From Candidatus Nanoarchaeia archaeon (GTDB lineage Archaea; Nanobdellota; Nanobdellia; Woesearchaeales; DATDXC01): DNA of 64,000 bases. Of this stretch, positions 21,241 to 31,244 are shown in pieces. The notes below the pieces were generated by a model. The model worked only from the letters and a program-made list of their open reading frames with translations. It was not told the DNA's origin and made no database searches. The first letter of the stretch is position 1. The number at the start of each line of letters is the position of its first letter. The position numbers and the translations under genes were made by a program. The stretch covers positions 22,550 through 86,549 of the forward strand of contig DATDXC010000032.1 of the NCBI GenBank assembly GCA_035289425.1, given 5' to 3'.

Positions 21241-21684
21241 ATGAAGGTCGACGATAAAGACAAGAGGATACTCAATGCCCTGCTTAGAAATAGCAAGCTT
21301 TCGTTACGTGAGATTGCAAAAATAGCGGATGTTTCGGTTGCCACGGTCATGAACCGTGTTAACCGATTAGAGAAAGAGGGAATAATCAAGAAATATTCAA
21401 CAATTCTTGATTATGAAAAATTAGGTTTTGATGTCGAAGTTTTGATTGAGATAAGGATATCCAAAGGGAAGCTATTCCATGTGGAAAAGGAGATAGATCA
21501 TCACCCCAATGTTTTTGCAGTCTATGATATCACCGGAGAGTTTGATGCTGCTATTTTAGCCAGATTTCCTGGCAGAAGGCAGATGGATGCTTTTTTGAAG
21601 AAAATCCAGACCTATGATTTTGTTGAACGGACTAATACCCGATTGATCCTGAATACCATAAAGGAAAAACAGATTGAAGTCTAA
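21241..21684 (+). CDS. Lrp/AsnC family transcriptional regulator
   Basis: An N-terminal HTH followed by a RAM domain, divergent from amt. Confidence 0.8.
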   Translation: MKVDDKDKRILNALLRNSKLSLREIAKIADVSVATVMNRVNRLEKEGIIKKYSTILDYEKLGFDVEVLIEIRISKGKLFHVEKEIDHHPNVFAVYDITGEFDAAILARFPGRRQMDAFLKKIQTYDFVERTNTRLILNTIKEKQIEV

Positions 21685-22916
21685 AGATCGGAGATTCGCT
21701 TCTTTACTTCTTTGCCGGTCTTCATATCTTTGATGGTTATATTTCCTGACTTGATCTCATCGGGGCCTACTACTATAACTTTCTTAGCCTTGATTGCATT
21801 AGCATATTTCAGCTGATTTCCAATGTTCCTTTGCATAAGGTCCATTTCAACAACAGAATTAATTCTTAATTTATTGGCTATTGCTATGGCTTTTTCGATT
21901 GACTGCTCATCCACAACGCCAATATAGAACTCGGGTTCCATGCTAATTTGAGGCAGCAAGCCTTTTTCCTGAAGGAATAAGTTCAAGGTTGCATATCCCA
22001 TAGCAAATCCAGTGGCAGGTGTTGGCTGTCCCCCTAATAATTCTATCAGCTGGTCATATCTTCCGCCGCCTGCAAGCGCCCTAAAATTGCTTTTTGCATC
22101 AAATATCTCAAAAACAGTCCCGGAGTAATAAGCCAAACCTCGCGCTGTTGACAGATCAAACCGGGTACATTCTGGAGATGTCAAGCGCATGACAGATTTC
22201 AGTTCTCCTAATCCTTCCTCTGCCAGTTTATTCTTTGGTTTGATTTCGTCCAGTTCCAGTGTGAGAAGATTGTTGATCTTCTTGGGATCAAGGTTAGTTT
22301 TTTTAAGCTCGCTATCAAACGCTTCCGGGGATAATTTTGATCTTTTGTCTATCAGCCGCATTACTTCGGGAATTTTATCTTTACTAACTATATCCAGCAG
22401 CAGTCCTTCCAGCAATTTTCTGTTATTGAGCTTAACTATGAAGTCTTTTTTTGCCAATCCTAATGAGATTAAACAGCCAGTTGCCAGGTTGATGATCTCG
22501 GCGTCTGCTTCTGGTTTGCTGCTGCCGAAAATTTCGCAGCTTGTCTGGTAGAATTCCCTCAATCTTCCTGCCTGGGGCTTTTCGTATCTCCACATGCGAG
22601 AAATATAGAACCATTTCACTGGCTTCGGCAATTCCTTCTGTTTTTCTATGAACATCCTTGCTGCTGGAACCGTGAGATCAAATCTTAATCCAAAACTCTC
22701 GTCGCCTTTCTTTTCAAGATTAAAGATCTGGGAGGTGATCTCTTCACCCTCCTTCTTGGTTAAGAGGTCAAGATTCTCAAAGGCAGGGCTTTCCACCTCC
22801 TTAAAGTTATAATTGATAGCGGTCTTTCTAAGTATATTGAATATTTTTTCCCGTATTTGGAGATCTTCAGGATAGAAATCCTGCGTTCCTTTCGGTTTCT
22901 GGAATGGCATAGCCAT
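21681..22916 (-). CDS. hisS: histidine--tRNA ligase
   Basis: Class II aaRS motifs with a HisRS-specific anticodon-binding C-terminus. Confidence 0.9.
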   Translation of the reverse strand: MAMPFQKPKGTQDFYPEDLQIREKIFNILRKTAINYNFKEVESPAFENLDLLTKKEGEEITSQIFNLEKKGDESFGLRFDLTVPAARMFIEKQKELPKPVKWFYISRMWRYEKPQAGRLREFYQTSCEIFGSSKPEADAEIINLATGCLISLGLAKKDFIVKLNNRKLLEGLLLDIVSKDKIPEVMRLIDKRSKLSPEAFDSELKKTNLDPKKINNLLTLELDEIKPKNKLAEEGLGELKSVMRLTSPECTRFDLSTARGLAYYSGTVFEIFDAKSNFRALAGGGRYDQLIELLGGQPTPATGFAMGYATLNLFLQEKGLLPQISMEPEFYIGVVDEQSIEKAIAIANKLRINSVVEMDLMQRNIGNQLKYANAIKAKKVIVVGPDEIKSGNITIKDMKTGKEVKKRISDL

Positions 22917-22950
22917 GCTTTAGTCTCTTGCTATTTTTAAATGTAGCGAT

Positions 22951-22962
22951 AATTTTTTAAAC
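22951..22962 (+). promoter_or_regulatory. archaeal TATA/BRE-like element upstream of tRNA-Gln
   Basis: 'aattttttaaac' sits ~30 nt upstream of the tRNA 5' end. Confidence 0.45.
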
Positions 22963-22986
22963 AGGGTGGAGTTAATAACAGAACAG

Positions 22987-23059
22987 AGCCCCGTGGTGTA
23001 GCGGTCAATCATTCTGGCTTTTGGAGCCGGAGACGGCGGTTCGAATCCGCCCGGGGCTA
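22987..23059 (+). tRNA. tRNA-Gln (anticodon TTG)
   Basis: Acceptor AGCCCCG/CGGGGCT, anticodon arm CTGGC-TTTTGGA-GCCGG, T-arm GGCGG-TTCGAAT-CCGCC, discriminator A. Confidence 0.85.
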
Positions 23060-23254
23060 TTTAGGCAATTGGTTCCTCGGTTATGAAGTCAATCTCTTAG
23101 ATAAGACCAAAATATAAAACTATTCATGCTAGATCCGCTACACTTTCCATTCGGTACGAATTTTTATTTTCTGAGTTGAAAATATGAAGCGTAGCGTATT
23201 TTCAACGAAAGTTTTATATACTAAATATATAATATTATATATTAACTATATAGC

Positions 23255-23932
23255 ATGAAAGCCTATAAAGATACGGAAAACAAGATAGTGGGGAATTTAT
23301 TAAGGCAGCCACTGATAAGCAAAAGCGTGCATCAGATTGCATTAGATACAAAATTAATGTATGTAACTGTGCATAAAATAATCCCTCTTTTATTGGGAAG
23401 AAGACTGATAAAACTAGAAAAAAAAGGAAATACCAACCTTATCTCCGTAGATTTTGAAAATGCAAAAATCGGGGATTTAAGTTCTGCTATATTGTCTGAG
23501 AAAGATACATTAATGAAGAAATATCCCCCCGTCGCTATTCTAACAAAAGATATTGAAGACGCGTTATCCGGAAAGCTATATATTTTACTTTTATTTGGCT
23601 CTTACGCTAAAGAAATTCCAAGGCAAAGCCTTGTAAGTTTATCAAACTCAAAAGAGTTCGATAAAAAAGAAAAAAAAGACTCGGATGTTGATCTTCTTTT
23701 TATCGTCTCTAACAGAAAAGATATTGAATTTTACAAAGAAAAAATTAATAAAGCTTTGAGGTTATCAACATTAAAAAATGATTTTAACATAGTTACCACA
23801 GATGATTTTGTGGATATGTTAAACCAGAAATACACGGTTGGCAGAGAGGCTTTTGAGCAAGGAATTGTGCTTTTTGGGACAGAGCCTTATTATGCTATGG
23901 TAAGGGGACATGCTACAAAAAGAGGATATTGA
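23255..23932 (+). CDS. nucleotidyltransferase (MNT-type, with N-terminal wHTH)
   Basis: Has the 'LLLFGSYAKE ... DVDLLFIV' minimal NTase motif. It overlaps the next gene by 23 nt. Confidence 0.6.
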   Translation: MKAYKDTENKIVGNLLRQPLISKSVHQIALDTKLMYVTVHKIIPLLLGRRLIKLEKKGNTNLISVDFENAKIGDLSSAILSEKDTLMKKYPPVAILTKDIEDALSGKLYILLLFGSYAKEIPRQSLVSLSNSKEFDKKEKKDSDVDLLFIVSNRKDIEFYKEKINKALRLSTLKNDFNIVTTDDFVDMLNQKYTVGREAFEQGIVLFGTEPYYAMVRGHATKRGY

Positions 23933-24521
23933 AGAAGCAAAGAAGCTCTTTACAGAGTGGGATAACAAGCGTAGGTGGGATACTCCACACCCTGCTTTTT
24001 TGAACCATACAAAGAAAAAGGCGCAAGACTCTTTGAATTTAGCATTGTATCTTTTAGACAAGGTCGAGCAAACAGGAGAGCTTGAAGGTAATGACACAGT
24101 TACTATATGGATTATTGCTGCAAGTTATTACTCAATGTTTTTTGGGGTTGAATATTTATTAGGATTGGATGGAAAAAAGCTTCCGAAAGGAGCAAAAGAC
24201 ACCCACAAAACAATGTATCTTGCTTTTATCTATTACTATATAATAAAAGGATCTGAACTAGAACAGAAAAAGCCTACAGAGATAACAACGAGTAGAATGT
24301 CAAAAGCATTGGCAATATTCAAAGAATTACAAGATGAAACTCTTGAATTGCATAGAATAGAGAAAGGCGCTAAAGACTTGAAAGAACAAAAAGATGAAAG
24401 AAATGCTTTTACTTACCAAATGAACAGGACAGCAAAATTGTCTGAAGCTCAGAACAGCACCATAAAAGCAACAGAATTTAGGGAATTGATTGAAGAGTAC
24501 ATCCTGTCAAAACAGAAATAA
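23910..24521 (+). CDS. HEPN-like partner protein of the nucleotidyltransferase (putative)
   Basis: An alpha-helical 203-aa ORF whose reading frame overlaps that of the NTase gene. Confidence 0.4.
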   Translation: MLQKEDIEEAKKLFTEWDNKRRWDTPHPAFLNHTKKKAQDSLNLALYLLDKVEQTGELEGNDTVTIWIIAASYYSMFFGVEYLLGLDGKKLPKGAKDTHKTMYLAFIYYYIIKGSELEQKKPTEITTSRMSKALAIFKELQDETLELHRIEKGAKDLKEQKDERNAFTYQMNRTAKLSEAQNSTIKATEFRELIEEYILSKQK

Positions 24522-24538
24522 ATGCAAGGTTTTAAACT

Positions 24539-25255
24539 ATGGAAGAAAAAAGCCAAGCAGTTAAGGAATACAAGCAAGCTTTTGATGAATTTTATAAAGA
24601 TAAGCCAGAGCCCAAAGACAAAGAAGAAAGCAAAAAAATGTTGGAAGAGTTCTTTCATTGGTATAATAATGTGAGGAAACAGTCTGATATCGGAAAAACT
24701 CCTGCTGAGATGTACAAGGAAATCTATGGTGTAGGCCCTTCTAAGACAGTAGACCTAGATGAAGGAGTAGAAGAGGGTATTAATGAGGAGGAGATAGAAG
24801 ATTTGAGGGAGTTTTTTGATAGGGAGCTCTGGCCAAAACTAAAGAAGGATTTGAAAGAAGCGACCAAAAAGGAGGCATGTTTCATTAGTTTTTTAGCTGG
24901 AACGGAGATTTCAAATAACATGTTTGAAGAAGAAATGAAACATACTCAGAAAACTTTTGAAAATATGACTCCGGAAGAAATCACAAAGATGATTAAGAAG
25001 GAGGAAAACCCCAAAATGAGAGAAGAAAGTCTTTGGGCAGAAGGCGGATTTATGGAAACATTAGGTCCAATTGATATTAAAGAAAGAATGAAAACATTTC
25101 ACAAAAAGCATGACGAAGATATGAATTATGAATGTAAGAAATGCGGAAAAAAGATTTCGGCCCATAACAAAGATTGGCATGCTTATATGTGTGATGAATG
25201 TTTTAATGAAGAGTGTTATCCTGGAGAGCAGGAAGAAAAAATAAAAACAAAATGA
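24539..25255 (+). CDS. hypothetical protein with C-terminal zinc ribbon
   Basis: A Lys/Glu-rich ORF with C-terminal 'CKKCGKK...CDEC' motifs. Confidence 0.4.
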   Translation: MEEKSQAVKEYKQAFDEFYKDKPEPKDKEESKKMLEEFFHWYNNVRKQSDIGKTPAEMYKEIYGVGPSKTVDLDEGVEEGINEEEIEDLREFFDRELWPKLKKDLKEATKKEACFISFLAGTEISNNMFEEEMKHTQKTFENMTPEEITKMIKKEENPKMREESLWAEGGFMETLGPIDIKERMKTFHKKHDEDMNYECKKCGKKISAHNKDWHAYMCDECFNEECYPGEQEEKIKTK

Positions 25256-25260
25256 GGTGG

Positions 25261-25375
25261 TAAACATGAGTTCGACACCGGGGTTCAAATCCTGGAAAAA
25301 AGCCGAACTGCGTACCACCGACTAAGTGGGCTTGAACGAAGCAAAATCCACGAAGGTGTCGACTGGCTTCTTAGT
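25261..25375. ncRNA. tRNA-like structured element of unresolved identity (possible tRNA fragment or ncRNA)
   Basis: Contains a T-arm-like 'CCGGGGTTCAAATCC' and an 8-bp inverted repeat, TCGACACC...GGTGTCGA, enclosing ~75 nt. No canonical cloverleaf could be built on either strand. Confidence 0.3.
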
Positions 25376-25445
25376 CTGTGGGAACCTGCCAGGAGTTATT
25401 TTCTCAGATATCTTTATTAACTAAATCTCGTGTCTGCATAATGAA

Positions 25446-25521
25446 GGGGTTGTGGTCTAGCTTGGATTATGATACGTGGTTCGGGGCCACGTGGCCGGGA
25501 GTTCAAATCTCCCCAACCCCA
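25446..25521 (+). tRNA. tRNA-Pro (anticodon CGG)
   Basis: Acceptor GGGGTTG/CAACCCC, anticodon arm CGTGG-TTCGGGG-CCACG, T-arm GGGAG-TTCAAAT-CTCCC, discriminator A. The D-arm carries a U13-U22 mismatch. Confidence 0.75.
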
Positions 25522-25559
25522 TCGCAAATTTTTTTAAGGAGCACCTATTTTAAAGACAT

Positions 25560-27818
25560 ATGAAAAGAAAAAAGAAGAAAAGCCTGGCATACAGGCTATC
25601 CAACTTCCTTAAGAGCAATTGGAAGAAAGTACTGGTTGTGAGCATTTTGGTTGTGCTATTGCTCAGCCTGCTCTTTTTTTATGCTGGAATACGGATCAGA
25701 TTTTTCCTCGGAACTGACCTTCTTATAGAGTTAAAACCATCAGACAGAACATACACCATATCGAATAATGAAACACAAGAAGTAACATTTGCATTCTCTA
25801 TCGATACTGATGTTCTTTGTGCAGCAGAGTGCTCCTATGCATTACTTGACCGCAGCCAGGATGTTATGGTAGGCAACGGGACTGTGCTTCTGCAAGACGG
25901 CCGGTCCCATAGCGCTTCCTATGTGCTTGAACCGTATCGCAAGGGGAGCGGCCAAAAGATATACAATTTTGATGTAGTTTGTAAGAATGTCCCTTCGGTT
26001 GTATGCAGGAGCACTCCCCGGCAGAAGTCATCGTTTATCACGCTCAACTATCAGCTTACACCTGCAGAAGCTGCGCTTAAGGCTGAATTAGCTAAGAATC
26101 TAACCAATCAGTTTATGCTCATAAACAATATGAGCGCAGATCTCCAAAGCATCAATATCCTCGATAATCGTTCAGCTGTATCATTCCGAGAAGAATATAC
26201 CAACATGTCACAAAGCCTGCACGAGTTGTTGGTGATGGCAGAGAATATAGCAGGGTTGTGGTCCCAAGAATCATATTATTCAATCCAACAGTACCAAAAA
26301 AGTTTCCTGGTTGTACCGCTTGCCGACAGGGTAAACTTGTTCTATGTTGTTGTAACCCAGTCTATCGCTAAACAAAATGAGCTGGCCTTTCAATTTAACC
26401 TGATCCGGGACAAATTTATAGGGGCTGTTGCCAGTGGAGAGCCATGGATAACTGGGGGAAATGTTTCCCGATTGTTCAATCAATCAATTGCTATATTCAA
26501 AGGCATTGATGAAAATGTTACACTGCAGGGCTACGAAAGCCTCATCTCTCTGGAAGCAGATTTGCAAGCTTTAAATCAAAGCATTCACTCATTTAATACA
26601 ACCTTATATTCAGAACAAAAGGCTACTTTGCTGTATGGGATGAACCTAACCTTGTTAGAGAATAATAAGAAATGTATGGTGACTACTTGCACCATTATTC
26701 CTGATGAGGCGTGTGCTAGCCTCAAGAGAATATTACAGGAGTTTAATGCCACAACCTATCCAGTACAGGTCAATTTCACTTCCAATGAATCTTATTATAT
26801 AGTCGAGAACGGAACAGCACGCATCCTTCCTTCTCTTGAATCTGAGGCGTTTGTCAAAACATTTTGTACTCCCAAAGAGATTACCTTAGAGATACCATAC
26901 CTGCAACAAGCCAGTATCAACAGAAGTTTTGAGCCAGTAATCCAAAATGAACTCACCAGCAATGAACCATTGTGTTGTGTGTATGGACAATGTGCTGCAT
27001 GCTGCACTGATTGCCAGGAGAATGAGAGTCTGTACCCGGTTGTGCTGATCCATGGGCATTCACTTATAAGAGAGACCTCCCCTGAACCAATCTTGGAAGG
27101 CTTCAGCAAAATCCAGTACCAGATGCAGGAGGATGGGTACCTCAATGCCGGAACTATTTTATTTGATTTCAATGAAAGCAACTACAAAAAAGGAGACTGG
27201 GGCCTGGCACATAATCCAGTTGTAGTCAAGGCCAGCTATTATTATGACTACTTTTATTCAGTAGGTGGCTACATCTATATCACCCGGAGCAAGGACAACA
27301 TAGATACATATGCCATACGGCTTAATGACATTGTAAAGCTTCTCCAATACAGAACAGGCAAGCCCAAAGTCAACATAATTGCGCATTCCATGGGCGGCCT
27401 TGTTGCGCGAAGGTACATCCAAATATTTGGAGAAGATTCTGTCAACAAAGTCATACTTATTTCAGTCCCTAATAAGGGTATCGATGATTCAGTATTCAAT
27501 TACTGCAATCTGCTCGGAGAAGCCAGAGAGTGCCAGGACCTCTATAACAGGAGCATCTTCATGAGAAAGTTGAATTCTCCGCTATACGAACCGAAAGAAG
27601 TAAAATACTACACTATCTCAGGAAAAGGATGTGACACCGCAGGAAAGGATGGCGATGGTGTTGTCATATTTGAGAATTCGCTTCTGCCTTATGCTGAAGC
27701 CTATACAATAAATGGCAGCTGCACTGATTTCTTCAAGAAAAACATGCATACTGACCTGCTGAACATAGATATTTATCCAGAGGTTTATGCACAGATCCAA
27801 AAGATCCTGTCTCAGTGA
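25560..27818 (+). CDS. membrane-anchored extracellular protein with C-terminal alpha/beta-hydrolase (lipase-like, GxSxG) domain
   Basis: An N-terminal TM helix, a long Cys-containing ectodomain, and an 'IAHSMGGLVARRY' nucleophile elbow. Confidence 0.6.
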   Translation: MKRKKKKSLAYRLSNFLKSNWKKVLVVSILVVLLLSLLFFYAGIRIRFFLGTDLLIELKPSDRTYTISNNETQEVTFAFSIDTDVLCAAECSYALLDRSQDVMVGNGTVLLQDGRSHSASYVLEPYRKGSGQKIYNFDVVCKNVPSVVCRSTPRQKSSFITLNYQLTPAEAALKAELAKNLTNQFMLINNMSADLQSINILDNRSAVSFREEYTNMSQSLHELLVMAENIAGLWSQESYYSIQQYQKSFLVVPLADRVNLFYVVVTQSIAKQNELAFQFNLIRDKFIGAVASGEPWITGGNVSRLFNQSIAIFKGIDENVTLQGYESLISLEADLQALNQSIHSFNTTLYSEQKATLLYGMNLTLLENNKKCMVTTCTIIPDEACASLKRILQEFNATTYPVQVNFTSNESYYIVENGTARILPSLESEAFVKTFCTPKEITLEIPYLQQASINRSFEPVIQNELTSNEPLCCVYGQCAACCTDCQENESLYPVVLIHGHSLIRETSPEPILEGFSKIQYQMQEDGYLNAGTILFDFNESNYKKGDWGLAHNPVVVKASYYYDYFYSVGGYIYITRSKDNIDTYAIRLNDIVKLLQYRTGKPKVNIIAHSMGGLVARRYIQIFGEDSVNKVILISVPNKGIDDSVFNYCNLLGEARECQDLYNRSIFMRKLNSPLYEPKEVKYYTISGKGCDTAGKDGDGVVIFENSLLPYAEAYTINGSCTDFFKKNMHTDLLNIDIYPEVYAQIQKILSQ

Positions 27819-28412
27819 CTATGCTTTTTCGATTTCCTTTCCCACAAATATCCAGTCATCAAGCCAGTCATCCCTAATCCTTCCTTTTTCCATGTTGAAT
27901 TTCGGCAGATAATTATGCTGCGTCCTGACTGTTTGCGTGATCTTTGCTGTTATGACCTGCCTGATGCAGTCTTCTCCCAGCCGTTCCTTAAAATAAGGGA
28001 TGAGTTTTCCATTGAATTCGTCTACTAGCTTTGATTCTGATCTCGCATCCACAATCATTATGAGTGCAAGATGCCCATCTTTCTCACCTAAATAGGAAAG
28101 GCTCACATACGTAGCTTTGAAACCTCTAAACTTGGAATCGAGGGTCACATTTTTGAAGTATTGCTCATGCGTAATTCCTATCTTAAACTTGATGATGTAC
28201 AATTGCTTTGCGTTGAACATACCAGTTCCGGTTTCGCCTGAATCGAGATTAGTATAATAAGTCAGCAAATTCTTATTTTCAAGATTTTTTCTTTTTCTGT
28301 TTACAGTCATCACTGGAATCCTTGTTCTTTTTGATATCTGGTTGTCAGAAATTCTAGGGTTTCTTATCAGTTCTCTAACAATCTTCTCTTCCTGTTGGTC
28401 CAACTCAATCAT
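27819..28412 (-). CDS. HTH-domain transcriptional regulator
   Basis: Has an N-terminal HTH 'DNQISKRTRIPVMTVNRKRKNLE' followed by a C-terminal ~130-aa domain of unknown function. Confidence 0.5.
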   Translation of the reverse strand: MIELDQQEEKIVRELIRNPRISDNQISKRTRIPVMTVNRKRKNLENKNLLTYYTNLDSGETGTGMFNAKQLYIIKFKIGITHEQYFKNVTLDSKFRGFKATYVSLSYLGEKDGHLALIMIVDARSESKLVDEFNGKLIPYFKERLGEDCIRQVITAKITQTVRTQHNYLPKFNMEKGRIRDDWLDDWIFVGKEIEKA

Positions 28413-28572
28413 TTTATACCACCTTTTTCTTATATAAGTTATATATAAACATGGGTAAATAGCATTAATTGGTAACTATATATAATATTTTCTATTTTTT
28501 AGGTATGTTTATACCATAAATAGGTAGTTAAGTATATAAGTTGATTTAGAGTTCCATGAATGGTGAAAAAGA

Positions 28573-29424
28573 ATGAATTATGATTTATGGGGTCAGCACA
28601 CTGTAGCAGAAGCAAGATATGCTGATGGTGTTGCAGTGCATGTCCGCATTCCAACAAGCGTTGTGATTGCGGGCAGACAACAGTTCGCTATGAAAGACGT
28701 TCTAGAGTTTGAGCCTCATATAGATTTACATAAGGTATCTTACCAGGCTCAAGTATTTAATGGAAGTAAGGGAAATTCCTACATCAATGGTATACCCCTT
28801 GCTCAAGTCGAGCCTTTCTTGTGGTATATTCGAAGACACCCTACAGTTGCAGATACATTTTTGGGAAGAGGTATAGTCCCTTATTCTGGTTTTATGAAGA
28901 ACCACACACTTCCAACTAATGCAGGAAAACAGTGGCTGCATTTAGGGCATGAAAAGTATGGTATTTTTGATGCTGCAACATCCCGAAAAAGTTTTAACTC
29001 TACTCAAGTACACCGGATAGCACTGTATGGTGCATTCCTCAGGGCAGTCAGACACGAATTCCAAGATCGTGATCTTGATGAAGCTCTGCCAGAGGATGTG
29101 AAAGAAGGTGTTAGTAGTGGCCTCTCATTGATCGATGCTGTTGACCGAGAGATTGATGGCCAGTCTTTTTCTATAATAGAATCGTTTACACTCATTGTTG
29201 ACGACATTGATCCGGGATTTGGAGCAAGCCAGCTTAGAGTATGCAAAAACCATGACCAACCAGTATACTGGGCTGACTATCAGGACAGAAAAATGTACCG
29301 CGTTTCTGATCCACAGCATCCACAGGTGCAACAGATAGAGGGAAGACTGGAGAAAGCACGAAATTTGGAGGTCATTGTTGCACAAGAATGTCCTGCGTGT
29401 AATGGAACTGATGTAAAGTTCTAA
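28573..29424 (+). CDS. hypothetical protein (GC-richer than surroundings; C-terminal CPACNG motif)
   Basis: A 283-aa ORF with no recognisable family. Confidence 0.35.
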   Translation: MNYDLWGQHTVAEARYADGVAVHVRIPTSVVIAGRQQFAMKDVLEFEPHIDLHKVSYQAQVFNGSKGNSYINGIPLAQVEPFLWYIRRHPTVADTFLGRGIVPYSGFMKNHTLPTNAGKQWLHLGHEKYGIFDAATSRKSFNSTQVHRIALYGAFLRAVRHEFQDRDLDEALPEDVKEGVSSGLSLIDAVDREIDGQSFSIIESFTLIVDDIDPGFGASQLRVCKNHDQPVYWADYQDRKMYRVSDPQHPQVQQIEGRLEKARNLEVIVAQECPACNGTDVKF

Positions 29425-31244
29425 ACCTTGAGTTTTATGCTCTTCCCTACATGAATTGCATTCAGCAATTGCTTGCCGATAGGATTGTTTTTCTTTATCT
29501 TTATGGAACCGGTAGCACCAGCTTTAGCAGTGAGCAGAAAATCATCTCCGATATAAATATCCACATCCTTATGCTGCATCTTGATGCCCAGATCGAACAA
29601 TAAGGAATTCTTCTTGTTGGTTGTGCTGAAGCTGGCTTCAGAAGAGTTTTTTTTTACTTGAACAGACTGCTCATCCAGTTCCTGCACATCGATGCTCATG
29701 CCAATCCTTTTCTCTATCTGCTCAATCGTCTTGCCTTCTTTACCGATGATCCGCGCGATATCACGTTCCGGAACCTTCACTATGCATTTATTGTCTGAAA
29801 CACACTGCACAACTGCTTTTGAGGTGTAATTCATGAATTCCCTTACTATGCTGTCTTCTGCCAAGCGATGGATGCCAGACTTTGCAACATCTTCCTGCAC
29901 AGGGACCACTACAGTCTGCTCACCATAAGTGTATATTTCATAGAGAAGCTTCTCTGTTTCAAAATCAGTTATGATAACAACAGGCCTGGCGAGGTCTGCT
30001 TCAGTCATTCCAGATGGAACTTTAACTGTCATCCTCAAGCCTAATACCTTGTTTACAAAGCCATCCTTGATGAATACTACGGTATCGACTATTTGTGGGA
30101 TGATGCCCATCTCTACTCTTCCGATGAAGCGCTGGATGGCATCAACAGGATTTGTTCCATGCACAACACCCACCATGCCAACGCCTGCCAGGCGCAAATC
30201 AGCAAATAACTTGAAGTCGTCGGTGTTTCGCATCTCATCGAAAATGGTATAGTCTGGTCTGGATAATAGGAGTATGTCATGGATTTCCTGCACATCACCA
30301 TGGGATATTGAATACTGGGTTATTTCATCAGGAAGAACTAAATCCCGGGGGGCTTCCACGGTCTTGACAATCTTATTCTTCAAGGCATAGAACACTGCCA
30401 ATGCCTGCGCAAAAGTTGATTTTCCATGTCCGGGCGCTCCTGCAATGAGAATCCCTTCAGCCTGGTCAGCTATGCGCTTCAGAAGCTTCTCACTCAATTT
30501 ATAGTCAGCAAGCGTCAGGCTCCGTACCGGCCTTACTGCAGTAATCTCCCAGCCATCGGCAAATGGCGGCTTAGTGATTACTATCCTATATGATCCTAAT
30601 TGGATGATGGTGCTGCCGGGACGTTCGATCTCTATGAAGCCATCCTTCCTCAGCTTTGTATTCTCAATTATTTCCCTGGAGATGTCTTGTATTTCTTCCT
30701 GCTTGAGAACAGTGTTCCGCAAAGCATCAAAACTCCAGTTGCCTGGCATGCCTCTTTTTGCGTACGGCACTACATTCTCCCTCAGATGAACCGACATGGT
30801 AGTCTCATCAAAGAATTTATCTAGGGCTATTTTCTTGGTAATTGACTTAGGTTCAATGTAAATTACTGAGACGCCTCTGGCATCCGCAACTTTCTTCTGG
30901 ACTTTATCAGAGGTCATCAAAGTGGCAGACTCATCATAGGCCAACTGCCGTATCATAGAATCAATCTCTCCCAGAGAGGCATACTTTATTTCTGAGGGTC
31001 TCGGCCTCTGACCTGCAAATTTAAGCTCAAAATCCTTGGCCAACTCCTTAATGCGCTGGATCTCATCAAGCCCCAGATAGCCAATTGCTTTGTTTTCATT
31101 TGCTTGGTGCTCAAGTTCGGCCAGCACTGCTTCATGAATTATCACTTGGGAAACCTGCAATTCTTTTTTCCTGATTTTTGATGAGACAATGCCCTCAATC
31201 AGGACAGAAGTGTCTGGAACCAGCTTTTCGATCTTGTCTGCCAT
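29421..31244 (-). CDS. PilT-family ATPase with N-terminal PIN and C-terminal KH domain (COG1855-like)
   Basis: Has a 'GAPGHGKST' Walker A, an N-terminal PIN-like segment and a C-terminal KH-like 'IIGKEGKTIEQIEKRIG' (GxxG) segment. Confidence 0.75.
   Translation of the reverse strand: MADKIEKLVPDTSVLIEGIVSSKIRKKELQVSQVIIHEAVLAELEHQANENKAIGYLGLDEIQRIKELAKDFELKFAGQRPRPSEIKYASLGEIDSMIRQLAYDESATLMTSDKVQKKVADARGVSVIYIEPKSITKKIALDKFFDETTMSVHLRENVVPYAKRGMPGNWSFDALRNTVLKQEEIQDISREIIENTKLRKDGFIEIERPGSTIIQLGSYRIVITKPPFADGWEITAVRPVRSLTLADYKLSEKLLKRIADQAEGILIAGAPGHGKSTFAQALAVFYALKNKIVKTVEAPRDLVLPDEITQYSISHGDVQEIHDILLLSRPDYTIFDEMRNTDDFKLFADLRLAGVGMVGVVHGTNPVDAIQRFIGRVEMGIIPQIVDTVVFIKDGFVNKVLGLRMTVKVPSGMTEADLARPVVIITDFETEKLLYEIYTYGEQTVVVPVQEDVAKSGIHRLAEDSIVREFMNYTSKAVVQCVSDNKCIVKVPERDIARIIGKEGKTIEQIEKRIGMSIDVQELDEQSVQVKKNSSEASFSTTNKKNSLLFDLGIKMQHKDVDIYIGDDFLLTAKAGATGSIKIKKNNPIGKQLLNAIHVGKSIKLKV

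Noticed and set aside
25378-25563. A 61-aa plus-strand ORF.
   Set aside because: It overlaps the tRNA-Pro gene almost entirely.
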